Part shown: positions 1 to 14,800 of the stretch, in pieces
How positions within the stretch are numbered: the stretch's first letter is position 1
How the letters are laid out: each line of letters opens with the position of its first letter
NCBI GenBank assembly: GCA_964016885.1
Contig: OZ024744.1
Location: 23,560,001-23,624,000 of the forward strand
DNA length: 64,000 nucleotides
Direction: 5' to 3'
Source: Eledone cirrhosa
Lineage: Eukaryota
Made by a program: the position numbers and the translations under genes
Notes under the pieces: model-generated
Databases searched by the model: none
What the model was told of the DNA's origin: nothing
What the model saw: only the letters and a program-made list of their open reading frames with translations

Positions 1-924
1 GATTCGTTTTAACAACAGCTGAATCGTAAGATAAAACTCGTTTTAACAACAGTTGAATCTTAAGATAAAATTCGTTTTAACAACAGTTGAATCTTAAGAA
101 CTGACTCGTTTTAACAACAGCTGAATCTTAAGATAAAACTCGTTTTATCAACAGTTCAACCTTAAGAACTGACTCGTTTTAACAACAGTTGAATCCTCAA
201 ATATAACTCGTTTTAACAACAGTTGAATCTTAAGAACTGACTCGTTTTAACAATAGTTGAATCTTAAGATAAAACTCGTTTTAACAACAGTTGAATCTTA
301 AGAACTGACTCATTTTAACAACAGTTCAACCTTAAGAACTGACTCGTTTTAACAACAGTTGAATCTTTAAATAAAACTCGTTTTAACAACAGTTGAATCT
401 TAAGAACTGATTCGTTTTAACAACAGCTGAATCTTAAGATAAACTCGTTTTAACAACAGCTGAATCTTAAGATAAACCTGGTTTTAACAACATTTGAATC
501 TTAAGAACTGAATTCGTTTTAACAACAGCTGAATCTTAAGATAAAACTCGTTTTAACAACAGTTGATTCTTAAGAACTGACTCGTTTTATCAACAGTTCA
601 ACCTTAAGAACTGACTCGTTTTAACAACAGTTGAATCTTCAAATAAAACTCGTTTTAACAACAGTTGAATATTATGATAAAACTCATTTTAACAACAGTT
701 GATTCTTAAGATAAAACTCGTTTTAACAACAGTTGATTCTTAAGAACTGACTCGTTTTAACAACAGCTGAATCTTAAGATAAAACTCGTTTTAACAACAG
801 TTGAATCTTAAGATAAAATTCGTTTTAAAAATAGTTGAACGTTAAGAACTGGTTCGTTTTAACAACAGTTGGATCTTAAGATAAAACTCGTTTTAACAAC
901 AGTTGAATCTTAAGAACTGACTCG

Positions 925-3900
925 TTTTAACAACTGTTGAATCTTAAGAACTGACTCGTTTTATCAACAGTTCAACCTTAAGAACTGACTCGTTTTAACA
1001 ACAGTTGAATCTTCAAATAAAACTCGTTTTAACAACAGTTGAATCTTAAGAACTGACTCGTTTTAACAACAGTTGAATCTTAAGATAAAACTCGTTTTAA
1101 CAACAGTTGAATCTTAAGAACTGACTCGTTTTATCAACAGTTCAACCTTAATAACTGAATCGTTTTAACAAGAGTTGAATCTTCAAATTAAACTCGTTTT
1201 AACAACAGTTGAATCATAAGAACTGATTCGTTTTAACAACAGTTGAATCTTAAGATAAAACTCGTTTTAACAACAGTTGAATCTTAAGATAAAACTCGTT
1301 TTAACAACAGTGGAATCTTAAGAACTGACTCGTTTTAACAACAGCTGAATCTTAAGATAAAACTCGTTTTAACGACAGTTGAATCTTAAGAACTGACTCG
1401 TTTTATCAACAGTTCAACCTTAAGAACTGACTCATTTTAACAACAGTTGAATCTTCAAATAAAACTCGTTTTAACAACAGTTGAATCTTAAGAACTGATT
1501 CGTTTTAACAACAGCTGAATCTTAAGATAAACTCGTTTTAACAACAGTTGAATCTTAAGATAAACCTCGTTTTAACAACATTTGAATCTTAAGAACTGAT
1601 TCGTTTTAACAACAGCTGAATCTTAAGATAAACTCGTTTTAACAACAGTTGAATCTTAAGATAAACCTCGTTTTAACAACAGTTGAATCTTAAGAACTGA
1701 CTCGTTTTATCAACAGTTCAACCTTAAGAACTGACTCATCTTAACAACAGTTGAATCTTCAAATAAAATTCGTTTTAACAACAGTTGAATCTTAAGAACT
1801 GACTCGTTTTAACAACAGTTGAATCTTAAGAACTGACTCATTTTAACAACAGCTGAATCTTAAGATAAAACTCGTTTTAACAACAGTTGAATCTTAAGAT
1901 AAAATTCGTTTTAACAACAGTTGAATCTTAAGAACTGACTCGTTTTAACAACAGCTGAATCTTAAGATAAAACTCGTTTTAACAACAGTTGAATCTTAAG
2001 AACTGACTCGTTTTATCAACAGTTCAACCTTAAGCACTGACTCGTTTGAACAACAGTTGAATCTTCAAATAAAACTCGTTTTAACAACAGTTGATTCTTC
2101 AGAACTGACTCGTTTTAACAACAGTTGAATCTTAAGATAAAACTCGTTTTAACAACAGTTGAATCTTAAGAACTGACTCATTTTAACAACAACTGAATCT
2201 CTAGATAAAACACGTTTTAACAACAGTTGAATCTTAAGAACTGACTCGTTTTATCAACAGTTGAATCTTAAGAACTGACTCGTTTTATCAACAGTTCAAC
2301 CTTAAGAACTGACTCGTTTTAACAACAGTTGAATCCTCAAATAAAACTCGTTTTAACAACAGTTGAATCTTAAGAACTGACTCATTTTAACAACAGTTGA
2401 ATCTTAAGATAAAACTCGTTTTAACAACAGTTGAATCTTAAGAACTGACTCGTTTTAACAACGGCTGAATTTTAAGATAAACTCGTTTTAACAACAGTTG
2501 AATCTTAAGAACTGACTCGTTTTATCAGCAGTTCAACCTTAAGAACTGACTCATCTTAACAACAGTTGAATCTTCAAATAAAATTCGTTTTAACAACAGT
2601 TGAATCTTAAGAACTGATTCGTTTTAACAACAGCTGAATCTTAGGATAAAACTCGTTTTAACAACAGTTGAATCTTAAGGTAAAATTCGTTTTAACAACA
2701 GTTGAATCTTAAGAACTGACTCGTTTTAACAACAGCTGAATCTTAAGATAAAACTCGTTTTAACAACAGTTGAATCTTAAGAACTGACTCGTTTTATCAA
2801 CAGTTCAACCTTAAGCACTGACTCGTTTTAACAACAGTTGAATCTTCAAATAAAACTCGTTTTAACAACAGTTGAATCTTAAGAACTGACTCATTTTAAC
2901 AACAGTTGAATCTTAAGATAAAACTCGTTTTAACAACAGTTGAATCTTAAGAACTGACTCGTTTTAACAACAGTTGAACCTTAAGAACTGACTCGTTTTA
3001 ACAACAGTTGAATCTTAAGATAAAACTCGTTTTAACAACAGTTGAATCTTAAGAACTGACTCATTTTAACAACAGTTGAATCTTAAGAACTGATTCGTTT
3101 TAACAACAGTTGAATCTTAAGATAAAACTCGTTTTAACAACAGTTGAATCTTAAGAACTGACTCGTTTTAATAACAGCTGAATCTTAAGATAAAACTCGT
3201 TTTACAACAGTTGAATCTTAAGAACTGACTCGTTTTATCAACAGTTCAACCTTAAGAACTGACTCATCTTAACAACAGTTGAATCTTCAAATAAAACTCG
3301 TTTTAACAACAGTTGAATCTTAAGAACTGATTCGTTTTAACAACAGCTGAATCGTAAGATAAAACTCGTTTTAACAACAGTTGAATCTTAAGATAAAATT
3401 CGTTTTAACAACAGTTGAATCTTAAGAACTGACTCGTTTTAACAACAGCTGAATCTTAAGATAAAACTCGTTTTATCAACAGTTCAACCTTAAGAACTGA
3501 CTCGTTTTAACAACAGTTGAATCCTCAAATATAACTCGTTTTAACAACAGTTGAATCTTAAGAACTGACTCGTTTTAACAATAGTTGAATCTTAAGATAA
3601 AACTCGTTTTAACAACAGTTGAATCTTAAGAACTGACTCATTTTAACAACAGTTCAACCTTAAGAACTGACTCGTTTTAACAACAGTTGAATCTTTAAAT
3701 AAAACTCGTTTTAACTACAGTTGAATCTTAAGAACTGACTCGTTTTATCAACAGTTGCATCTTAAGATAAAACTCGTTTTAACAACAGTTGAATCTTAAG
3801 AACTGACTCATTTTAACAACAGTTGAATCTTAAGAACTGATTCGTTTTAACAACAGTTGAATCTTCAGATAAAACTCGTTTTAACTACAGTTGAATCTTA

Positions 3901-6900
3901 AGAACTGACTCGTTTTAACAACAGTTGAATCTTAAGATAGAACTCGTTTTAACAACAGTTGAATCTTAAGAACTGACTCATTTTAACAACAGTTGAATCT
4001 TAAGAACTGATTCGTTTTAACAACAGTTGAATCTTAAGATAAAACTCGTTTTAACAACAGTTGAATCTTAAGAACAGACTCGTTTTAACAACAGCTGAAT
4101 CTTAAGATAAAACTCGTTTTACAACAGTTCAATCTTAAGAACTGACTCGTTTTATCAACAGTTCAACCTTAAGAACTGACTCATTTTAACAACAGTTGAA
4201 TCTTCAAATAAAACTCGTTTTAACAACAGTTGATTCTTCAGAACTGACTCGTTTTAACAACAGTTGAATCTTAAGAACTGACTCATTTTAACAACAGCTG
4301 AATCTTTAGATAAAACTCGTTTTAACAACAGTTGAATCTTAAGAACTGACACGTTTTAACAACAGTTGAATCCTCAAATAAAACTCGTTTTAACAACAGT
4401 TGAATCTTAATAACTGACTCGTTTTAACAACAGTTGAATCTTAAGATAAAACTCGTTTTAACAACAGTTGAATCTTAAGAACTGACTCATTTTAACAACT
4501 GTTGAATCTTAAGAACTGACTCGTTTTATCAACAGTTCAACCTTAAGAACTGACTCGTTTTAACAACAGTTGAATCTTCAAATAAAACTCGTTTTAACAA
4601 CAGTTGAATCTTAAGAACTGACTCGTTTTAACAACAGTTGAATCTTAAGATAAAACTCGTTTTAACAACAGTTGAATCTTAAGAACTGACTCGTTTTATC
4701 AACAGTTCAACCTTAATAACTGAATCGTTTTAACAAGAGTTGAATCTTCAAATTAAACTCGTTTTAACAACAGTTGAATCATAAGAACTGATTCGTTTTA
4801 ACAACAGTTGAATCTTAAGATAAAACTCGTTTTAACAACAGTTGAATCTTAAGATAAAACTCGTTTTAACAACAGTGGAATCTTAAGAACTGACTCGTTT
4901 TAACAACAGCTGAATCTTAAGATAAAACTCGTTTTAACGACAGTTGAATCTTAAGAACTGACTCGTTTTATCAACAGTTCAACCTTAAGAACTGACTCAT
5001 TTTAACAACAGTTGAATCTTCAAATAAAACTCGTTTTAACAACAGTTGAATCTTAAGAACTGATTCGTTTTAACAACAGCTGAATCTTAAGATAAACTCG
5101 TTTTAACAACAGTTGAATCTTAAGATAAACCTCGTTTTAACAACATTTGAATCTTAAGAACTGATTCGTTTTAACAACAGCTGAATCTTAAGATAAACTC
5201 GTTTTAACAACAGTTGAATCTTAAGATAAACCTCGTTTTAACAACAGTTGAATCTTAAGAACTGACTCGTTTTATCAACAGTTCAACCTTAAGAACTGAC
5301 TCATCTTAACAACAGTTGAATCTTCAAATAAAATTCGTTTTAACAACAGTTGAATCTTAAGAACTGACTCGTTTTAACAACAGTTGAATCTTAAGAACTG
5401 ACTCATTTTAACAACAGCTGAATCTTAAGATAAAACTCGTTTTAACAACAGTTGAATCTTAAGATAAAATTCGTTTTAACAACAGTTGAATCTTAAGAAC
5501 TGACTCGTTTTAACAACAGCTGAATCTTAAGATAAAACTCGTTTTAACAACAGTTGAATCTTAAGAACTGACTCGTTTTATCAACAGTTCAACCTTAAGC
5601 ACTGACTCGTTTGAACAACAGTTGAATCTTCAAATAAAACTCGTTTTAACAACAGTTGATTCTTCAGAACTGACTCGTTTTAACAACAGTTGAATCTTAA
5701 GATAAAACTCGTTTTAACAACAGTTGAATCTTAAGAACTGACTCATTTTAACAACAACTGAATCTCTAGATAAAACACGTTTTAACAACAGTTGAATCTT
5801 AAGAACTGACTCGTTTTATCAACAGTTGAATCTTAAGAACTGACTCGTTTTATCAACAGTTCAACCTTAAGAACTGACTCGTTTTAACAACAGTTGAATC
5901 CTCAAATAAAACTCGTTTTAACAACAGTTGAATCTTAAGAACTGACTCATTTTAACAACAGTTGAATCTTAAGATAAAACTCGTTTTAACAACAGTTGAA
6001 TCTTAAGAACTGACTCGTTTTAACAACGGCTGAATTTTAAGATAAACTCGTTTTAACAACAGTTGAATCTTAAGAACTGACTCGTTTTATCAGCAGTTCA
6101 ACCTTAAGAACTGACTCATCTTAACAACAGTTGAATCTTCAAATAAAATTCGTTTTAACAACAGTTGAATCTTAAGAACTGATTCGTTTTAACAACAGCT
6201 GAATCTTAGGATAAAACTCGTTTTAACAACAGTTGAATCTTAAGGTAAAATTCGTTTTAACAACAGTTGAATCTTAAGAACTGACTCGTTTTAACAACAG
6301 CTGAATCTTAAGATAAAACTCGTTTTAACAACAGTTGAATCTTAAGAACTGACTCGTTTTATCAACAGTTCAACCTTAAGCACTGACTCGTTTTAACAAC
6401 AGTTGAATCTTCAAATAAAACTCGTTTTAACAACAGTTGAATCTTAAGAACTGACTCATTTTAACAACAGTTGAATCTTAAGATAAAACTCGTTTTAACA
6501 ACAGTTGAATCTTAAGAACTGACTCGTTTTAACAACAGTTGAACCTTAAGAACTGACTCGTTTTAACAACAGTTGAATCTTAAGATAAAACTCGTTTTAA
6601 CAACAGTTGAATCTTAAGAACTGACTCATTTTAACAACAGTTGAATCTTAAGAACTGATTCGTTTTAACAACAGTTGAATCTTAAGATAAAACTCGTTTT
6701 AACAACAGTTGAATCTTAAGAACTGACTCGTTTTAATAACAGCTGAATCTTAAGATAAAACTCGTTTTACAACAGTTGAATCTTAAGAACTGACTCGTTT
6801 TATCAACAGTTCAACCTTAAGAACTGACTCATCTTAACAACAGTTGAATCTTCAAATAAAACTCGTTTTAACAACAGTTGAATCTTAAGAACTGATTCGT

Positions 6901-8054
6901 TTTAACAACAGCTGAATCGTAAGATAAAACTCGTTTTAACAACAGTTGAATCTTAAGATAAAATTCGTTTTAACAACAGTTGAATCTTAAGAACTGACTC
7001 GTTTTAACAACAGCTGAATCTTAAGATAAAACTCGTTTTATCAACAGTTCAACCTTAAGAACTGACTCGTTTTAACAACAGTTGAATCCTCAAATATAAC
7101 TCGTTTTAACAACAGTTGAATCTTAAGAACTGACTCGTTTTAACAATAGTTGAATCTTAAGATAAAACTCGTTTTAACAACAGTTGAATCTTAAGAACTG
7201 ACTCATTTTAACAACAGTTCAACCTTAAGAACTGACTCGTTTTAACAACAGTTGAATCTTTAAATAAAACTCGTTTTAACTACAGTTGAATCTTAAGAAC
7301 TGACTCGTTTTATCAACAGTTGCATCTTAAGATAAAACTCGTTTTAACAACAGTTGAATCTTAAGAACTGACTCATTTTAACAACAGTTGAATCTTAAGA
7401 ACTGATTCGTTTTAACAACAGTTGAATCTTCAGATAAAACTCGTTTTAACTACAGTTGAATCTTAAGAACTGACTCGTTTTAACAACAGTTGAATCTTAA
7501 GATAGAACTCGTTTTAACAACAGTTGAATCTTAAGAACTGACTCATTTTAACAACAGTTGAATCTTAAGAACTGATTCGTTTTAACAACAGTTGAATCTT
7601 AAGATAAAACTCGTTTTAACAACAGTTGAATCTTAAGAACAGACTCGTTTTAACAACAGCTGAATCTTAAGATAAAACTCGTTTTACAACAGTTCAATCT
7701 TAAGAACTGACTCGTTTTATCAACAGTTCAACCTTAAGAACTGACTCATTTTAACAACAGTTGAATCTTCAAATAAAACTCGTTTTAACAACAGTTGATT
7801 CTTCAGAACTGACTCGTTTTAACAACAGTTGAATCTTAAGAACTGACTCATTTTAACAACAGCTGAATCTTTAGATAAAACTCGTTTTAACAACAGTTGA
7901 ATCTTAAGAACTGACACGTTTTAACAACAGTTGAATCCTCAAATAAAACTCGTTTTAACAACAGTTGAATCTTAATAACTGACTCGTTTTAACAACAGTT
8001 GAATCTTAAGATAAAACTCGTTTTAACAACAGTTGAATCTTAAGAACTGACTCA
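925..8054. repeat. Tandem duplication, 3565-bp unit (105 monomers minus five 1-bp deletions): ~925-4489 and ~4490-8054
   Basis: Rare markers are offset by 3565: CAACTGTTG 931/4496, AGAGTTG 1171/4736, CTCGTTTGAAC 2041/5606, GAATCGTAAG 3349/6914, CCTCAAATATA 3523/7088. Confidence 0.9.
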
Positions 8055-11000
8055 TTTTAACAACAGTTGAATCTTAAGAACTGACTCGTTTTAACAACAG
8101 TTGAATCTTAAGATAAAACTCGTTTTAACAACAGTTGAATCTTAAGAACTGACTCATTTTAACAACAGTTGAATCTTAAGAACTGATTCGTTTTAACAAC
8201 AGTTGAATCTTAAGATAAAACTCGTTTTAACAACAGTTGAATCTTAAGAACTGACTCGTTTTAACAACAGCTGAATCTTAAGATAAAACTCGTTTTACAA
8301 CAGTTGAATCTTAAGAACTGACTCGTTTTATCAACAGTTCAACCTTAAGAACTGACTCATCCTAACAACAGTTGAATCTTCAAATAAAACTCGTTTTAAC
8401 AACAGTTGAATCTTAAGAACTGATTCGTTTTAACAACAGCTGAATCTTAAGATAAAACTCGTTTTAACAACAGTTGAATCTTAAGATAAAATTCGTTTTA
8501 ACAACAGTTGAATCTTAAGAACTGACTCGTTTTAACAACAGCTGAATCTTAAGATAAACCTCGTTTTAACAACAGTTGAATCTTAAGAACTGACTCGTTT
8601 TATCAACAGTTCAACCTTAAGAACTGACTCATCTTAACAACAGTTGAATCTTCAAATAAAATTCGTTTTAACAACAGTTGAATCTTAAGAACTGACTCGT
8701 TTTAACAACAGTTGAATCTTAAGAACTGACTCATTTTAACAACAGCTGAATCTTAAGATAAAACTCGTTTTAACAACAGTTGAATCTTAAGATAAAATTC
8801 GTTTTAACAACAGTTGAATCTTAAGAACTGACTCGTTTTAACAACAGCTGAATCTTAAGATAAAACTCGTTTTAACAACAGTTGAATCTTAAGAACTGAC
8901 TCGTTTTATCAACAGTTCAACCTTAAGCACTGACTCGTTTGAACAACAGTTGAATCTTCAAATAAAACTCGTTTTAACAACAGTTGATTCTTCAGAACTG
9001 ACTCGTTTTAACAACAGTTGAATCTTAAGATAAAACTCGTTTTAACAACAGTTGAATCTTAAGAACTGACTCATTTTAACAACAACTGAATCTCTAGATA
9101 AAACACGTTTTAACAACAGTTGAATCTTAAGAACTGACTCGTTTTATCAACAGTTGAATCTTAAGAACTGACTCGTTTTATCAACAGTTCAACCTTAAGA
9201 ACTGACTCGTTTTAACAACAGTTGAATCCTCAAATAAAACTCGTTTTAACAACAGTTGAATCTTAAGAACTGACTCATTTTAACAACAGTTGAATCTTAA
9301 GATAAAACTCGTTTTAACAACAGTTGAATCTTAAGAACTGACTCGTTTTAACAACGGCTGAATTTTAAGATAAACTCGTTTTAACAACAGTTGAATCTTA
9401 AGAACTGACTCGTTTTATCAGCAGTTCAACCTTAAGAACTGACTCATCTTAACAACAGTTGAATCTTCAAATAAAATTCGTTTTAACAACAGTTGAATCT
9501 TAAGAACTGATTCGTTTTAACAACAGCTGAATCTTAGGATAAAACTCGTTTTAACAACAGTTGAATCTTAAGGTAAAATTCGTTTTAACAACAGTTGAAT
9601 CTTAAGAACTGACTCGTTTTAACAACAGCTGAATCTTAAGATAAAACTCGTTTTAACAACAGTTGAATCTTAAGAACTGACTCGTTTTATCAACAGTTCA
9701 ACCTTAAGCACTGACTCGTTTTAACAACAGTTGAATCTTCAAATAAAACTCGTTTTAACAACAGTTGAATCTTAAGAACTGACTCATTTTAACAACAGTT
9801 GAATCTTAAGATAAAACTCGTTTTAACAACAGTTGAATCTTAAGAACTGACTCGTTTTAACAACAGTTGAACCTTAAGAACTGACTCGTTTTAACAACAG
9901 TTGAATCTTAAGATAAAACTCGTTTTAACAACAGTTGAATCTTAAGAACTGACTCATTTTAACAACAGTTGAATCTTAAGAACTGATTCGTTTTAACAAC
10001 AGTTGAATCTTAAGATAAAACTCGTTTTAACAACAGTTGAATCTTAAGAACTGACTCGTTTTAATAACAGCTGAATCTTAAGATAAAACTCGTTTTACAA
10101 CAGTTGAATCTTAAGAACTGACTCGTTTTATCAACAGTTCAACCTTAAGAACTGACTCATCTTAACAACAGTTGAATCTTCAAATAAAACTCGTTTTAAC
10201 AACAGTTGAATCTTAAGAACTGATTCGTTTTAACAACAGCTGAATCGTAAGATAAAACTCGTTTTAACAACAGTTGAATCTTAAGATAAAATTCGTTTTA
10301 ACAACAGTTGAATCTTAAGAACTGACTCGTTTTAACAACAGCTGAATCTTAAGATAAAACTCGTTTTATCAACAGTTCAACCTTAAGAACTGACTCGTTT
10401 TAACAACAGTTGAATCCTCAAATATAACTCGTTTTAACAACAGTTGAATCTTAAGAACTGACTCGTTTTAACAATAGTTGAATCTTAAGATAAAACTCGT
10501 TTTAACAACAGTTGAATCTTAAGAACTGACTCATTTTAACAACAGTTCAACCTTAAGAACTGACTCGTTTTAACAACAGTTGAATCTTTAAATAAAACTC
10601 GTTTTAACTACAGTTGAATCTTAAGAACTGACTCGTTTTATCAACAGTTGCATCTTAAGATAAAACTCGTTTTAACAACAGTTGAATCTTAAGAACTGAC
10701 TCATTTTAACAACAGTTGAATCTTAAGAACTGATTCGTTTTAACAACAGTTGAATCTTCAGATAAAACTCGTTTTAACTACAGTTGAATCTTAAGAACTG
10801 ACTCGTTTTAACAACAGTTGAATCTTAAGATAGAACTCGTTTTAACAACAGTTGAATCTTAAGAACTGACTCATTTTAACAACAGTTGAATCTTAAGAAC
10901 TGATTCGTTTTAACAACAGTTGAATCTTAAGATAAAACTCGTTTTAACAACAGTTGAATCTTAAGAACAGACTCGTTTTAACAACAGCTGAATCTTAAGA

Positions 11001-11883
11001 TAAAACTCGTTTTACAACAGTTCAATCTTAAGAACTGACTCGTTTTATCAACAGTTCAACCTTAAGAACTGACTCATTTTAACAACAGTTGAATCTTCAA
11101 ATAAAACTCGTTTTAACAACAGTTGATTCTTCAGAACTGACTCGTTTTAACAACAGTTGAATCTTAAGAACTGACTCATTTTAACAACAGCTGAATCTTT
11201 AGATAAAACTCGTTTTAACAACAGTTGAATCTTAAGAACTGACACGTTTTAACAACAGTTGAATCCTCAAATAAAACTCGTTTTAACAACAGTTGAATCT
11301 TAATAACTGACTCGTTTTAACAACAGTTGAATCTTAAGATAAAACTCGTTTTAACAACAGTTGAATCTTAAGAACTGACTCATTTTAACAACAGTTGAAT
11401 CTTAAGAACTGACTCGTTTTAACAACAGTTGAATCTTAAGATAAAACTCGTTTTAACAACAGTTGAATCTTAAGAACTGACTCATTTTAACAACAGTTGA
11501 ATCTTAAGAACTGATTCGTTTTAACAACAGTTGAATCTTAAGATAAAACTCGTTTTAACAACAGTTGAATCTTAAGAACTGACTCGTTTTAACAACAGCT
11601 GAATCTTAAGATAAAACTCGTTTTACAACAGTTGAATCTTAAGAACTGACTCGTTTTATCAACAGTTCAACCTTAAGAACTGACTCATCCTAACAACAGT
11701 TGAATCTTCAAATAAAACTCGTTTTAACAACAGTTGAATCTTAAGAACTGATTCGTTTTAACAACAGCTGAATCTTAAGATAAAACTCGTTTTAACAACA
11801 GTTGAATCTTAAGATAAAATTCGTTTTAACAACAGTTGAATCTTAAGAACTGACTCGTTTTAACAACAGCTGAATCTTAAGAT
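5215..11883. repeat. Tandem duplication, 3328-bp unit (98 monomers minus 4 bp), overlapping the previous one
   Basis: Markers are offset by 3328: GATAAACCTCG 5225/8553, CTCGTTTGAAC 5606/8934, GAATCGTAAG 6914/10242, CCTCAAATATA 7088/10416. Confidence 0.88.
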
Positions 11884-14800
11884 AAAACTCTTTTTAACAA
11901 CAGTTGAATCTTAAGAACTGACTCGTTTTATCAACAGTTCAACCTTAAGCACTGACTCGTTTTAACAACAGTTGAATCTTCAAATAAAATTCGTTTTAAC
12001 AACAGTTGATTCTTCAGAACTGACTCGTTTTAACAACAGCTGAATCTTAAGATAAAACTCGTTTTATCAACAGTTCAACCTTAAGAACTGACTCGTTTTA
12101 ACAACAGTTGAATCCTCAAATATAACTCGTTTTAACAACAGTTGAATCTTAAGAACTGACTCGTTTTAACAATAGTTGAATCTTAAGATAAAACTCGTTT
12201 TAACAACAGTTGAATCTTAAGAACTGACTCATTTTAACAACAGTTCAACCTTAAGAACTGACTCGTTTTAACAACAGTTGAATCTTTAAATAAAACTCGT
12301 TTTAACTACAGTTGAATCTTAAGAACTGACTCGTTTTATCAACAGTTGCATCTTAAGATAAAACTCGTTTTAACAACAGTTGAATCTTAAGAACTGACTC
12401 ATTTTAACAACAGTTGAATCTTAAGAACTGATTCGTTTTAACAACAGTTGAATCTTCAGATAAAACTCGTTTTAACTACAGTTGAATCTTAAGAACTGAC
12501 TCGTTTTAACAACAGTTGAATCTTAAGATAGAACTCGTTTTAACAACAGTTGAATCTTAAGAACTGACTCATTTTAACAACAGTTGAATCTTAAGAACTG
12601 ATTCGTTTTAACAACAGTTGAATCTTAAGATAAAACTCGTTTTAACAACAGTTGAATCTTAAGAACAGACTCGTTTTAACAACAGCTGAATCTTAAGATA
12701 AAACTCGTTTTACAACAGTTCAATCTTAAGAACTGACTCGTTTTATCAACAGTTCAACCTTAAGAACTGACTCATTTTAACAACAGTTGAATCTTCAAAT
12801 AAAACTCGTTTTAACAACAGTTGATTCTTCAGAACTGACTCGTTTTAACAACAGTTGAATCTTAAGAACTGACTCATTTTAACAACAGCTGAATCTTTAG
12901 ATAAAACTCGTTTTAACAACAGTTGAATCTTAAGAACTGACACGTTTTAACAACAGTTGAATCCTCAAATAAAACTCGTTTTAACAACAGTTGAATCTTA
13001 ATAACTGACTCGTTTTAACAACAGTTGAATCTTAAGATAAAACTCGTTTTAACAACAGTTGAATCTTAAGAACTGACTCATTTTAACAACAGTTGAATCT
13101 TAAGAACTGACTCGTTTTAACAACAGTTGAATCTTAAGATAAAACTCGTTTTAACAACAGTTGAATCTTAAGAACTGACTCATTTTAACAACAGTTGAAT
13201 CTTAAGAACTGATTCGTTTTAACAACAGTTGAATCTTAAGATAAAACTCGTTTTAACAACAGTTGAATCTTAAGAACTGACTCGTTTTAACAACAGCTGA
13301 ATCTTAAGATAAAACTCGTTTTACAACAGTTGAATCTTAAGAACTGACTCGTTTTATCAACAGTTCAACCTTAAGAACTGACTCATCCTAACAACAGTTG
13401 AATCTTCAAATAAAACTCGTTTTAACAACAGTTGAATCTTAAGAACTGATTCGTTTTAACAACAGCTGAATCTTAAGATAAAACTCGTTTTAACAACAGT
13501 TGAATCTTAAGATAAAATTCGTTTTAACAACAGTTGAATCTTAAGAACTGACTCGTTTTAACAACAGCTGAATCTTAAGATAAACCTCGTTTTAACAACA
13601 GTTGAATCTTAAGAACTGACTCGTTTTATCAACAGTTCAACCTTAAGAACTGACTCATCTTAACAACAGTTGAATCTTCAAATAAAATTCGTTTTAACAA
13701 CAGTTGAATCTTAAGAACTGACTCGTTTTAACAACAGTTGAATCTTAAGAACTGACTCATTTTAACAACAGCTGAATCTTAAGATAAAACTCGTTTTAAC
13801 AACAGTTGAATCTTAAGATAAAATTCGTTTTAACAACAGTTGAATCTTAAGAACTGACTCGTTTTAACAACAGCTGAATCTTAAGATAAAACTCGTTTTA
13901 ACAACAGTTGAATCTTAAGAACTGACTCGTTTTATCAACAGTTCAACCTTAAGCACTGACTCGTTTGAACAACAGTTGAATCTTCAAATAAAACTCGTTT
14001 TAACAACAGTTGATTCTTCAGAACTGACTCGTTTTAACAACAGTTGAATCTTAAGATAAAACTCGTTTTAACAACAGTTGAATCTTAAGAACTGACTCAT
14101 TTTAACAACAACTGAATCTCTAGATAAAACACGTTTTAACAACAGTTGAATCTTAAGAACTGACTCGTTTTATCAACAGTTGAATCTTAAGAACTGACTC
14201 GTTTTATCAACAGTTCAACCTTAAGAACTGACTCGTTTTAACAACAGTTGAATCCTCAAATAAAACTCGTTTTAACAACAGTTGAATCTTAAGAACTGAC
14301 TCATTTTAACAACAGTTGAATCTTAAGATAAAACTCGTTTTAACAACAGTTGAATCTTAAGAACTGACTCGTTTTAACAACGGCTGAATTTTAAGATAAA
14401 CTCGTTTTAACAACAGTTGAATCTTAAGAACTGACTCGTTTTATCAGCAGTTCAACCTTAAGAACTGACTCATCTTAACAACAGTTGAATCTTCAAATAA
14501 AATTCGTTTTAACAACAGTTGAATCTTAAGAACTGATTCGTTTTAACAACAGCTGAATCTTAGGATAAAACTCGTTTTAACAACAGTTGAATCTTAAGGT
14601 AAAATTCGTTTTAACAACAGTTGAATCTTAAGAACTGACTCGTTTTAACAACAGCTGAATCTTAAGATAAAACTCGTTTTAACAACAGTTGAATCTTAAG
14701 AACTGACTCGTTTTATCAACAGTTCAACCTTAAGCACTGACTCGTTTTAACAACAGTTGAATCTTCAAATAAAACTCGTTTTAACAACAGTTGAATCTTA

